A stretch of 63,514 bases of DNA, filler included, from Octopus bimaculoides (GCF_001194135.2; 6 parts of 6 records of this genome joined end to end with filler, not necessarily neighbours in it), one strand, 5' to 3'; shown: positions 12,302 through 23,795, numbered from the whole stretch's first letter. The notes: generated from the sequence alone by a model not told the origin. Made by a program: numbers and translations.

Positions 12302-12410
12302 AAAACCAAGAGAGAAGATGGAGATAAGATTGATAAAAATTTATTAATACATTGACAAGACCTGCAATTAAATTTTTATTAATCTTACCTTCATCTTCTC
12401 TCTTGGTTTT
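12302..12410. mobile_element. Miniature inverted-repeat element (foldback family 1, short form)
   Basis: ~40-bp imperfect TIRs AAAACCAAGAGAGAAGATG.../...CATCTTCTCTCTTGGTTTT, flanked by TA. The loop matches the reverse complement of ~13860-13888. Confidence 0.7.
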
Positions 12411-12472
12411 TACACATATATATGTTTGTGTGTGTGCGTACACACATACATATATATTTATCTATCTGTTTG

Positions 12473-12519
<47 letters not shown>

Positions 12520-12524
12520 ATCTA

Positions 12525-12557
<33 letters not shown>

Positions 12558-12709
12558 GATGATGATATATATATATATATATATAGATTATATATATGTT
12601 ATGTGTGTGTGTATATATATATATATATATACACACACACATAAAATGTAACCACATGTGAATCGTCAATTTTTTTTCCTCCGTTTTCCTTTCTATTGGA
12701 CTTTCCTCT

Positions 12710-12744
12710 GTTTCTGAAGAAGAGCTTTGCTCGAAACGTTAAAC
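12710..12744 (+). ncRNA. Putative minimal type-I hammerhead ribozyme (Penelope-associated type)
   Basis: GTTT-CTGAAGA-A-GAGC(TTT)GCTC-GAAA-CGTT-AAAC: CUGANGA and GAAA cores, 4-bp stem II, 4-bp stem I, palindromic ACGT in place of stem III. Confidence 0.7.
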
Positions 12745-13044
12745 CATCTTTCTTTCCTTCCCTGAGTGTCTGCTAATACTTTACATGCACCACGTCCNNN
12801 NNNNNNNNNNNNNNNNNNNNNNNNNNNNNNNNNNNNNNNNNNNNNNNNNNNNNNNNNNNNNNNNNNNNNNNNNNNNNNNNNNNNNNNNNNNNNNNNNNNN
12901 NNNNNNNNNNNNNNNNNNNNNNNNNNNNNNNNNNNNNNNNNNNNNNNNNNNNNNNNNNNNNNNNNNNNNNNNNNAAACCTCAGAGGGATAGAAGTATCCA
13001 ACATTAAACTGGTTGAATACCTTATAATATAGGCACACATATTC

Positions 13045-13380
13045 TTTTATTCTTTTACTTGTTTCAGCCATTTGACTGCGGCCATGTTGGAGCATTGCCT
13101 TTAGTCGAGCAAATGGACCCCAGGATTTATTCTTCGTAAGCCTAGTATTCTATCGGTCTCTTTTGCAGAACCACTAAGTTATGGGGATGTAAACACGCCA
13201 GCATTGGTTGTCAACTGATGTTGGGGGAGACAAACACAGACTCACAAACACATACACACTCATAATATATACATGACGGGCTTCTTTCAGTTTCTGCCTA
13301 CCAAATCCACTCAGAAGGCTTTGGTCACGCTGAGGCTATAGACACTTGCCCAAGGTGCCACACGGTGGAACTGAATCCAA
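13045..13380 (-). mobile_element. OR2/CORE-like SINE
   Basis: Reverse-complement match to 30716-31143. Confidence 0.75.
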
Positions 13381-13399
13381 ATGTATTATTATTATTAAA

Positions 13400-13889
13400 A
13401 GAGAGATGGCAATAAAATTAATAAAAATTTTGATAAGGCCTACAATTGTTTCAATTCCTCACTTATAGCATAAAATCAATCAAATTTAATTTAATTAGAT
13501 CAGTTTGGTTAATTATTATAAGCTAGAATATCGCCAGGGAAGAATGTAAAAAGAAATTTATATATAACATATTGAAAACATAATGAAACCATTAAATAAG
13601 TGAACAGGAAAACTACAGTATACCATTAAAATTAATACATAATATAACTGTATATATTTTTACATTATGTATTAATTTTAATGGTACACTGTAGTTTTCC
13701 TGTTCACTTATTTAATGGTTTCATTATGTTTTCAATATGTTATATATAAATTTCTTTTCACGTTCTTCCTTGATGATATTCTGACTTATAATAATTAAGC
13801 AAATTGATTTAATTAAATTGAATTTGATTGATTTTATGCTTTAAGCGATGAATTGAAATAATTGTAGGACTTGTCAATGTATTAATAAA
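13400..13889. mobile_element. Long palindromic foldback element (family 1, long form)
   Basis: Arms of ~220 bp around a ~20-bp spacer near 13635-13655. The inner ~90 bp of the arms are nearly perfectly complementary. The right end is cut by an N gap. Confidence 0.85.
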
Positions 13890-14348
13890 NNNNNNNNNNN
13901 NNNNNNNNNNNNNNNNNNNNNNNNNNNNNNNNNNNNNNNNNNNNNNNNNNNNNNNNNNNNNNNNNNNNNNNNNNNNNNNNNNNNNNNNNNNNNNNNNNNN
14001 NNNNNNNNNNNNNNNNNNNNNNNNNNNNNNNNNNNNNNNNNNNNNNNNNNNNNNNNNNNNNNNNNNNNNNNNNNNNNNNNNNNNNNNNNNNNNNNNNNNN
14101 NNNNNNNNNNNNNNNNNNNNNNNNNNNNNNNNNNNNNNNNNNNNNNNNNNNNNNNNNNNNNNNNNNNNNNNNNNNNNNNNNNNNNNNNNNNNNNNNNNNN
14201 NNNNNNNNNNNNNNNNNNNNNNNNNNNNNNNNNNNNNNNNNNNNNNNNNNNNNNNNNNNNNNNNNNNNNNTATATATATATATATATATATATGTATATA
14301 AATATAGATAGATAGATTATATGTGTGTGTGTGTGTGTGTATATATAC

Positions 14349-14389
<41 letters not shown>

Positions 14390-14397
14390 TCGTATAC

Positions 14398-14665
14398 ATG
14401 TGAGTGGATTTGGTAAACGGAAGCTGAAAGAAGCCCGTCATATATATGTGTATGTATTTGTTATTTGTGTCTGTATTTGTCCCCACACCATCGTTTGATG
14501 ACCGCTGTTGGTGTGTTTACTTCTCTGTTACTTAGCAGTTCGGTAAAAAGGTCCCTATAGAATATGTACTAAGTTACAAAGAATAAGTCAAGGTGTCAGT
14601 TTATTTGACTAAAGGTGGTGCTCCAGCATGGCCGCAGTCAAATGATTAAAACAAGTAAAGGAATA
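14398..14665 (+). mobile_element. OR2/CORE-like SINE, central and 3' part
   Basis: GTGAGTGGATTTGGTAAACGGAAGCTGAAAGAAGCCCGTC...GGTGCTCCAGCATGGCCGCAGTCAAATGA. Confidence 0.75.
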
Positions 14666-14685
14666 TATATATATATATATATATA

Positions 14686-15085
14686 TTGGCACCCGTGCTA
14701 GTGGAGTGCTAACAGCTCCATCCGAGTGGGATCACTGCCAGAGCAGCTGTCTGGCTTCCGTGCTGGTGGCACATAAAAAGCACCATTTGAGTGTGATCGT
14801 TACCAGTGTCGCCTTACTGGCACTTGTGCCGGTGGCACGTGAACAAAACATTCGAGCGAGGTCGTTGCCGGTGCCGCTGGACTGACTACTGTGCAGGTGG
14901 CACGTAAAAAGCACCCACTACACCCTCGGAGCGGTTGGCGTTAGGAAGGGCATCCAGCTGTAGAAACTCTGCCAGATCAGATTGGAACCTGGTGCAGCCA
15001 TCTGGTTCGCTAATCCTCAGTCAAATCGTCCAACCCATGCTAGCATGAAAAGCGGACGTTAAACGATGATGATGATGAGGAGGAT
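14686..15085 (+). mobile_element. RTE LINE 3' UTR with four tandem ~65-bp modules and (GAT)n tail
   Basis: GTGC.GGTGGCAC.TAAAAAGCACC-type modules start at ~14695, 14760, 14826 and 14891. The terminal ~170 bp match 215-390. Confidence 0.85.
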
Positions 15086-16191
15086 NNNNNNNNNNNNNNN
15101 NNNNNNNNNNNNNNNNNNNNNNNNNNNNNNNNNNNNNNNNNNNNNNNNNNNNNNNNNNNNNNNNNNNNNNNNNNNNNNNNNNNNNNNNNNNNNNNNNNNN
15201 NNNNNNNNNNNNNNNNNNNNNNNNNNNNNNNNNNNNNNNNNNNNNNNNNNNNNNNNNNNNNNNNNNNNNNNNNNNNNNNNNNNNNNNNNNNNNNNNNNNN
15301 NNNNNNNNNNNNNNNNNNNNNNNNNNNNNNNNNNNNNNNNNNNNNNNNNNNNNNNNNNNNNNNNNNNNNNNNNNNNNNNNNNNNNNNNNNNNNNNNNNNN
15401 NNNNNNNNNNNNNNNNNNNNNNNNNNNNNNNNNNNNNNNNNNNNNNNNNNNNNNNNNNNNNNNNNNNNNNNNNNNNNNNNNNNNNNNNNNNNNNNNNNNN
15501 NNNNNNNNNNNNNNNNNNNNNNNNNNNNNNNNNNNNNNNNNNNNNNNNNNNNNNNNNNNNNNNNNNNNNNNNNNNNNNNNNNNNNNNNNNNNNNNNNNNN
15601 NNNNNNNNNNNNNNNNNNNNNNNNNNNNNNNNNNNNNNNNNNNNNNNNNNNNNNNNNNNNNNNNNNNNNNNNNNNNNNNNNNNNNNNNNNNNNNNNNNNN
15701 NNNNNNNNNNNNNNNNNNNNNNNNNNNNNNNNNNNNNNNNNNNNNNNNNNNNNNNNNNNNNNNATATATAAATATATATATATCCACACAACACACACGA
15801 TTTTATCATTCGAAGCAAAAGAATCTTGGTTAATAATATAAGCTTTGAACACAAAAATAAAAATAAAAGATGAATGGAGAAAAAGGACATGTTCTGTTGG
15901 AAAGGGAGAAGAAAAGAAAAAGGGGAAAGTTTGGATGCCATTATTGCTCATCAAGGTGATCGAACCCACAAACACGAGAGTGAACGGCAGTATTAAGACA
16001 GAGATAGACACACACACATATACACAATCATACACACACACACACACATTCACATACACGCGCGTGTGAGTGAGCAAGTGAAACGTCCAGCTAACTGGTA
16101 CTACATTGTATATTTGTCTTACAGTAAAGACGTAAAATCTTGCGTTCAACAAATGTCTCCATCCTACACACACATTCACATGTGTATATAC

Positions 16192-16246
<55 letters not shown>

Positions 16247-16346
16247 NNNNNNNNNNNNNNNNNNNNNNNNNNNNNNNNNNNNNNNNNNNNTTAATTAATT
16301 AANNNNNNNNNNNNNNNNNNNNNNNNNNNNNNNNNNNNNNNNNNNN
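16247..16346. other. Synthetic scaffold linker (44 N + TTAATTAATTAA + 44 N); also at 42140-42239, 55412-55511, 58017-58116, 61276-61375
   Basis: The same 100-nt structure occurs five times, and TTAATTAATTAA places stop codons in all six frames. Confidence 0.95.
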
Positions 16347-16431
16347 ATATATATATATATATATATATGTAAAATTTATATACATATGTATATATTTATG
16401 TATGTGTCTGTGTGTGTGTGTGTGTCTTCCT

Positions 16432-16462
<31 letters not shown>

Positions 16463-17007
16463 TACACAAGGGGAGAGCGACAGAGAAAGGTAAAATATTC
16501 GTGGAAACATATGCATGCATACATGTATACATGTGTATGATATGTGTCTGTAAATATATGCCTGCCTACATATATATACATGTGGGTGGTGTGTGTATGC
16601 ATGTCGGTGTATAGTTAGCGGATGTACGAAAAACCAAAACAAAAAGACTAACATAAAATTCAATATAACATAAAATATAATATAAAATTCAATCAAATAT
16701 TTTCATAGGCAGGAAAAAGAGAGACAGCCTGAGCTCATTACAAAATAAGTTCACGTTGTAAAACAGATGATTCATTCATTCATCACGGACATGCCATGCG
16801 TATACATACAAGAAAAATAACATTGTTCTTACCCTTTCTCATAATAGATAGGGGTTTGAAGTTGCTGAGAATTATCCCCCATTGTAATGTTAAGCTCACA
16901 AGTATTCTGAAATAATATATCATATAAATAAGTTGAAATAATGTATGTCGCAAAATATATATATTTGACATTGACACCGCGTTTATGCACCAAAATATAT
17001 GACAGCC

Positions 17008-17374
17008 CAATGTTTCTAAACCGGGGTCCATATGAAACCTAGTGGGGGAAGGGTCTGTAAGACACAAGGGGTGTCCATATAAGACTTTGGGGCTCAACGC
17101 CGGCAAAATAGTAAATTGGGATCCCACAGTGTCCGTGAACAAATTTGGCCCTAGATGTATTTATTGCAAGAAATAGTTACGATTCTTTCTCAAACTTTTT
17201 ACATAGTTCCACCTACACAAGTTAATGTATGTAAAACAAAATAGGAATCTTGAAAGAAGTAACTATAAAATTAGTTTTTAAACATCGAGTGGCTAGGGGG
17301 GTGGGGCATCCACTAGAATAAAATAGTAATCAAAGGGGTCGATAGATAAAAAAAAAATTGGTTGAGAACCATTG
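17008..17374. mobile_element. hAT/Charlie-like MITE
   Basis: 15-bp imperfect TIRs CAATGTTTCTAAACC / GGTTGAGAACCATTG resemble the hAT-Charlie CAGTGGTTCTCAACC end. No intact 8-bp TSD. Confidence 0.6.
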
Positions 17375-18029
17375 CTCTACATGAACGTTTGACTTGTTTG
17401 AAATTGCAGTCAAATTCACTCAAATAGTGGTCTTTTGACTGGAATCAGGAAGAATATATTGGATAATGCATTTCCAAGTATGGTACTGTTGATTTTTTTT
17501 TCTGGTAAAAAGGGATTTGTACAAGGCCTTTTGGTAAAATACGAAATGGCCACGTTCTGGAATGTCTTTGATCGTAAGTCTGTTCAATCGGAATTGATCT
17601 GACTTAAATATCAACATCAGTCAAGGAACTTTTGGTAGGAATAACAACAATCAAAGAATTCTTTGTAGAAACAGTGTCATTTAATTGGGACTCTAAGAAT
17701 TGTGCGTAACAAAAAAAAATTAAGTATCTATCTTCTACGCATTTTTTTCTATATAATTCTTTAATTTCATATTCGAACTTGAAATCTCACCAAATATGAA
17801 GAAATGATTATCTCCCTTGTATTAACTGTCCACTAGGGACACCACGTCTCACATCTTAATCTGTACAGAACTAACAATGTGTGTACGATAGTATGGAAAA
17901 GTGCACGTACGCATTTGCATATGTGTTGCTATTGTTGTTCTTTGGCGATCGAGCAAACCATACCTATGATCAAAGCCTTTCCAGCTGTGACCATTCCATA
18001 TTATAGTCATACGGTTTATAAATATTGGT

Positions 18030-18250
18030 TTCAAATTTTGGCACAAGGCCAGCAATTTTTTTGTCGGGGGGAGAGGGGGCAAGTCAATTACATCGACCTC
18101 CGATGCTCAAGTGCCACTTACTTTATCGACCGCGAAAGGATAAGAGGCAAGATAAGATCTTGGCGGAATTCGAACTGAGAACGTAAAGACGGACGAAATG
18201 CCGCTAAGCATTTTGCCCGTCGCGGTAAGGATTCTACCAGCTTACAGTCT
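18030..18250 (-). mobile_element. Family-B tRNA SINE
   Basis: Reverse-complement match to the 45333-45545 and 39830-40735 units. Confidence 0.7.
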
Positions 18251-18504
18251 TACGGTCTATAAGAACTAGTGCATGATTTTTCGGAGAAGTATCAGATATT
18301 TCTAGGATGTCAAACGGTCATCAGGTGACTCCTTCATTGGTTCATGTTTGTGTATTTTACGACCGCCCTTGTTTCTATGATATAATTTTCTTGTTTTAAA
18401 GCGATTCTAATTAAAACCTTCCACCAAAACATCATGCTAGTGTGTTCCTAACACCAGCTTAATAATGACAAAGTAATTTTACTAAATTCTTCATTAGACG
18501 TAGA

Positions 18505-18905
18505 CGTAGCTATGTGGTTGAGGAACTTGCTTCCTAACAATGTGGTCTTCAGTTCAGTCCTCTTGCGTGGCAACTTTGATGAGTGCCTTTAACTATAGCT
18601 CCGGGCCGACCAAAGCCTTATGAGCAGAAACTAGACGGAAACTAAAAGAAGCCTGTCATATGTGTGCGCGCGTGTATGGGTGCCTATCTTTGTGTTTTCA
18701 TTTTTTTTTCCTCACCACTGCTTGACAACCTGTGACGGTTTGTTTATGTTACTGTAACTTAGGAGTTCGGCAAAAGAAAACGATAAAATAAGTACCAGAC
18801 TTCATAATAAACCATGGAGTCGATTTGTTCAATTGAATCCTTGAAGGTAGTGTCCCAGTATGGCCGCAGTCCAGTGACTGAAACAAGTAGAAATTAAAAG
18901 ACAAA
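18505..18905 (+). mobile_element. OR2/CORE-like SINE, diverged full length
   Basis: Head, CORE-like segment, internal TG tract and 3' half (CCAGTATGGCCGCAGTC..TGACTGAAACAAG). Confidence 0.7.
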
Positions 18906-19578
18906 AAGATAATTGTTTTCAAAATCGATTTAAAGAAAGAGAATATTTTAATAGAAAGTTGGTAACGAATGGATTAACGTTGCCGTTATAACTACTGGAC
19001 GTTGCAACGAGCCAAGCCGTTGTAGAATTTTTAAGCGAGACGAATGGAAGGAGTGAGCGGCTGCTGATAATTGAGTGACTGAGCGAAAAGAACTGAAGTG
19101 ACCTACATATGCACAGGTATGTCAGTGGGTGAAATCATCATGAATAGCGTGTGAAAGTAGAAAGAGTAGCCAAGACATTAGCAAAAACGTGGCGTTAACA
19201 AAAACGTGATAAATAAATAGATGGGGCCAAAGATGAACTTTTCCGTGAAACTAGCGATGACCCACAAACAGTTAGCCGCAGTAGTTGTGATCGAAATGAC
19301 AGCGGTGATTGATGCTTGTTTTAAATGGACATTATATTTAATAGATAGCGAGCTAAAAGCGGTTATCTTCAGGTATCTGTGACATTCTCGAGAAATATAT
19401 TTCACATTTAAATATTAATGAAAAGAAAAGAGATGACAGAAGAATTCTCTCTCTCTCTCTCTCCCCTCTCTCTCCCTCTCTCTCTTTCATTAACACTTCC
19501 ACACGCACACTTCATCACACAACCACATACGCACTTCTAAATATAATTAGAATGGAATTGTTCTGCTGTTCTCTGCTC

Positions 19579-19625
<47 letters not shown>

Positions 19626-20261
19626 NNNNNNNNNNNNNNNNNNNNNNNNNNNNNNNNNNNNNNNNNNNNNNNNNNNNNNNNNNNNNNNNNNNNNNNNNNN
19701 NNNNNNNNNNNNNNNNNNNNNNNNNNNNNNNNNNNNNNNNNNNNNNNNNNNNNNNNNNNNNNNNNNNNNNNNNNNNNNNNNNNNNNNNNNNNNNNNNNNN
19801 NNNNNNNNNNNNNNNNNNNNNNNNNNNNNNNNNNNNNNNNNNNNNNNNNNNNNNNNNNNNNNNNNNNNNNNNNNNNNNNNNNNNNNNNNNNNNNNNNNNN
19901 NNNNNNNNNNNNNNNNNNNNNNNNNNNNNNNNNNNNNNNNNNNNNNNNNNNNNNNNNNNNNNNNNNNNNNNNNNNNNNNNNNNNNNNNNNNNNNNNNNNN
20001 NNNNNNNNNNNNNNNNNNNNNNNNNNNNNNNNNNNNNNNNNNNNNNNNNNNNNNNNNNNNNNNNNNNNNNNNNNNNNNTGTATATTGTATATCATATTAT
20101 ATATTGTATATTCCATATTCTATACCCCACATTAGTTCTGCAGGAATATAAATAAAACATAAAAAACAGACAGTGTTGGAACTCTTTTAAGCAAAATAAT
20201 ATATTCCTCTATACACAATCATACAAAAAAACCCACCTTTTTTGTATTTATTTTTACTCGC

Positions 20262-20292
<31 letters not shown>

Positions 20293-20321
20293 TACACCTG
20301 TAAATTTGGATTTTTATCCCT

Positions 20322-20364
<43 letters not shown>

Positions 20365-21777
20365 TACATACTTTCAACATACATACATACATATACATTT
20401 ACATATACACGCACACATACACAAGCTTGAAACCCTGTATCCCCTGTTCCCGAGCCTATGATCCCCGCTTCGTAACTGCGTGGTTTCAGGGTCTGCTCCA
20501 GTATATGATAAAAACGTTTGCTTCGCAACTACGAGTCCCGGGATCATTTACCCAAGATGTTACTGCGTGGCATCTAGGGCAAATGTCATTCTCTACAACT
20601 TCGGACCGACTCATATCTTCTGAGGGAAATAGGGTAGACCTATGTAGAAGATCACTGGGTGGATAGTAACTGTAACTTAAAATGCACATCCTTGTCACAT
20701 TCTGTATTATACTGATTCTGCCTGAGAGTTATTGGTCGCTGTTTAGTATATAATTCAGTTATTGTAGGTTTATATTAATATCGATACAGATGTACATAGA
20801 TTTATGTATTTCTTGTAGTTTCCTTTTAAAAGTAGTGTTTAATCCTACCTATATTTAGATTGAATACTGTTGTGCATAGGGTAAATGTGTTTGAAAGCTG
20901 TATTTTTTTTTGTTTGTTCCCAAACAACACTTCTTTTAGTGTTGTTGACACCGCCGGATTGAATGGTACTGCCCAGGTGTCGAAACCATAATGATATCCG
21001 TGGGGCAGCTGATGATGGAAGTATGTTGCATTGTTGGTATGGCTGTTTTTGTATATGTGGAATAGTGTTATTACACATCCTTTTGATAAGGTATATTTGT
21101 GGAATATTCAGTCATTTGCTAGTTAATTCAGGAGCAGGTAATATGGTTGATAAAACGTCAGAGGTCCAACACCACTATCACTGTATATTGTGGGCTTCTA
21201 CACAGTTTCCACTTACCAAATTCATCTGAAAAGGCATTGATATATCCGGAACTATAGTAGCAGACGTTTGCCCAATGTGCTGTGCAGAGGGATTGAACCC
21301 GAAGCCTCGTGGCTGCGCCTACACATAGTAATCGTTTAAAATTTTATTTCGATTTTATTGATTAAGGTAGTCTGCAGGGTGTTTTTGCATTATATATGTA
21401 TTTTACATGTCATGAATATGGATTACATAAGTAATAATTAAATAAACTATACAATCCGTACTTTGTATTTTGTTTTGCTCGTGGACCCCCAATCCATGGG
21501 AAGATTGCCTTACATGAAACCAGTCAGGGTTGCAAAAAAGAATGGGGACCCTTGGTATATGAAGTAGTTTAAAAAAACGTGCACAAGGAAGATGTTGGTA
21601 GTCATAGTGAAGAGTTTATAGAGTGACTATTCACTGAATGGTATACTTAATCCTCACCTTCTTTACTATCACCTCTTGCTTTGAACATACTCCATACTGT
21701 AGTAAGCAAATCAAGACTCCAATGTTAGGGTATATATTTAAGAAAATAGAGACTGCAGAGAATGGTGGTGGTCTAAG

Positions 21778-22492
21778 TTGTTGTTGTTGGCACTCCGTCG
21801 CTTACGACGTCGAGGGTTCCAGTTGATCCGATCAACGGAACAGCCTGCTCGTGAAATTAACGTGCAAGTGGCTGAGCACTCCACAGATACGTGTACCCTT
21901 AACGTAGTTCTCGGGGATATACAGCGTGACACAGTGTGACAAGGCTGACCGTTTGAATTACAGGCACAACAGAAACAGGAAGTAAGAGTGAGAGAAAGTT
22001 GTGGTGAAAGAGTAAAGCAGGGTTCGCCACCATCCCCTGCCGGAGCCTCGTGGAGCTTTAGGTGTTTTCGCTCAATAAACACTCACAACGCCCGGTCTAG
22101 GAATCGAAACCGCGATCCTATGACCGCNNNNNNNNNNTCGAGGGTTCCAGTTGATCCGATCAACGGAACAGCCTGCTCGTGAAATTAACGTGCAAGTGGC
22201 TGAGCACTCCACAGATACGTGTACCCTTAACGTAGTTCTCGGGGATATACAGCGTGACACAGTGTGACAAGGCTGACCGTTTGAATTACAGGCACAACAG
22301 AAACAGGAAGTAAGAGTGAGAGAAAGTTGTGGTGAAAGAGTAAAGCAGGGTTCGCCACCATCCCCTGCCGGAGCCTCGTGGAGCTTTAGGTGTTTTCGCT
22401 CAATAAACACTCACAACGCCCGGTCTAGGAATCGAAACCGCGATCCTATGACCGCGAGTCCGCTGCCCAAACCACTGGGCCATTGCGCCTCC
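21778..22492 (-). mobile_element. OR1-like tRNA(Arg)-derived SINE, apparently duplicated by the assembly across a 10-N gap
   Basis: Reverse-complement head GGAGGCGCAATGGCCCAGTGGTT.GGGCAGCGGACTCGCGGTC.TAGGATCGCGGTTTCGATTCC and a (CAA)n tail. 21810-22127 is identical to 22138-22455. Confidence 0.8.
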
Positions 22493-22825
22493 TTGTGTTC
22501 TAAGTAGTTAAAACATATAATGAAACAAAGTCCTTGGATTTGGTTAATTTGGAGGAGAAGAAACCTTTCGGGATTGTCCTTCGCCGAAAGAGAGAGAGAA
22601 GGGGGAGTGGGGAGTGATACTGAGAATAAGTGAAAACAGTGAGAGAAGATGTGCTCTAACTCCATGTCTTGATGCTCTGCTTCTTCCTACAAGTAGCATA
22701 GATGGCATGTTTTCCTACTCTCCACCCCAACTCTCGAAGGTCTGGCAAAACTATCTGAGTGCTAATACCTCGTTTTTTAAACGAGATACATACTTACATA
22801 CATACATGCATGCATGCATAATATA

Positions 22826-23127
22826 GGCGCAGACATGTCTGTGTGGTAAGGTTGCCTCCCGACTACATTGTTCCGGGTTCAGTCCCACTGTATAGCAGCT
22901 TGGGCAAGTTTCTTCTACTATAGCCTCAGGCCGACTAAAGCCTTTTGTGTGGAATTGGTAGACGGAAACAGGAAGAAACCCGTCGTATATGTATATATGT
23001 ATATATTTATGTCTTTGTGTCTGTGTTTGTCCTCTCACCATCGCTTGACAATCGATGTTGGTTTGTTTACGTCCCAGTAACTGAGTAGTCCGATAGAATA
23101 AATACTAGGCTTACAAACAATAAGTCG
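22826..23127 (+). mobile_element. OR2/CORE-like SINE, truncated by a gap
   Basis: GGCGCAGACATGTCTGTGTGGTAAG...CCGGGTTCAGTCCCACTG...; matches 30716-31143. Confidence 0.75.
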
Positions 23128-23637
23128 NNNNNNNNNNNNNNNNNNNNNNNNNNNNNNNNNNNNNNNNNNNNNNNNNNNNNNNNNNNNNNNNNNNNNNNNN
23201 NNNNNNNNNNNNNNNNNNNNNNNNNNNNNNNNNNNNNNNNNNNNNNNNNNNNNNNNNNNNNNNNNNNNNNNNNNNNNNNNNNNNNNNNNNNNNNNNNNNN
23301 NNNNNNNNNNNNNNNNNNNNNNNNNNNNNNNNNNNNNNNNNNNNNNNNNNNNNNNNNNNNNNNNNNNNNNNNNNNNNNNNNNNNNNNNNNNNNNNNNNNN
23401 NNNNNNNNNNNNNNNNNNNNNNNNNNNNNNNNNNNNNNNNNNNNNNNNNNNNNNNNNNNNNNNNNNNNNNNNNNNNNNNNNNNNNNNNNNNNNNNNNNNN
23501 NNNNNNNNNNNNNNNNNNNNNNNNNNNNNNNNNNNNNNNNNNNNNNNNNNNNNNNNNNNNNNNNNNNNNNNNNNNNNNNNNNNNNNNNNNNNNNNNNNNN
23601 NNNNNNNNNNNNNNNNNNNNNNNNNNNNNNNNNNNNN

Positions 23638-23671
<34 letters not shown>

Positions 23672-23759
23672 AGAATTCACCAAAAAAAACAACAGACGAA
23701 GACAGGTGGTGTAGACAACAAATGGATGTATTAGTATAACGCTCGGGAACAGAGAAAGT

Positions 23760-23795
23760 CTTTAACGTTTCGAGCCTACGCTCTTCCACAGAAAG
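23760..23795 (-). ncRNA. Hammerhead-like motif with variant core CUGUGGA
   Basis: Reverse complement reads CTTT-CTGTGGA-A-GAGC(GTAG)GCTC-GAAA-CGTT-AAAG. Stems I and II are intact; core position A6 is U. Confidence 0.55.

Noticed and set aside
20965-21020. Type-II hammerhead (GAAAC ... CTGATGA)
   Set aside because: Both core words are present, but stem II (GTGTC vs TGGAAG) and stem III/NUH cannot be paired.
22420-22492. tRNA genes (also at the heads of other SINEs)
   Set aside because: The tRNA-like A/B boxes continue directly into SINE bodies with many diverged copies, and there is no complete cloverleaf or acceptor stem.
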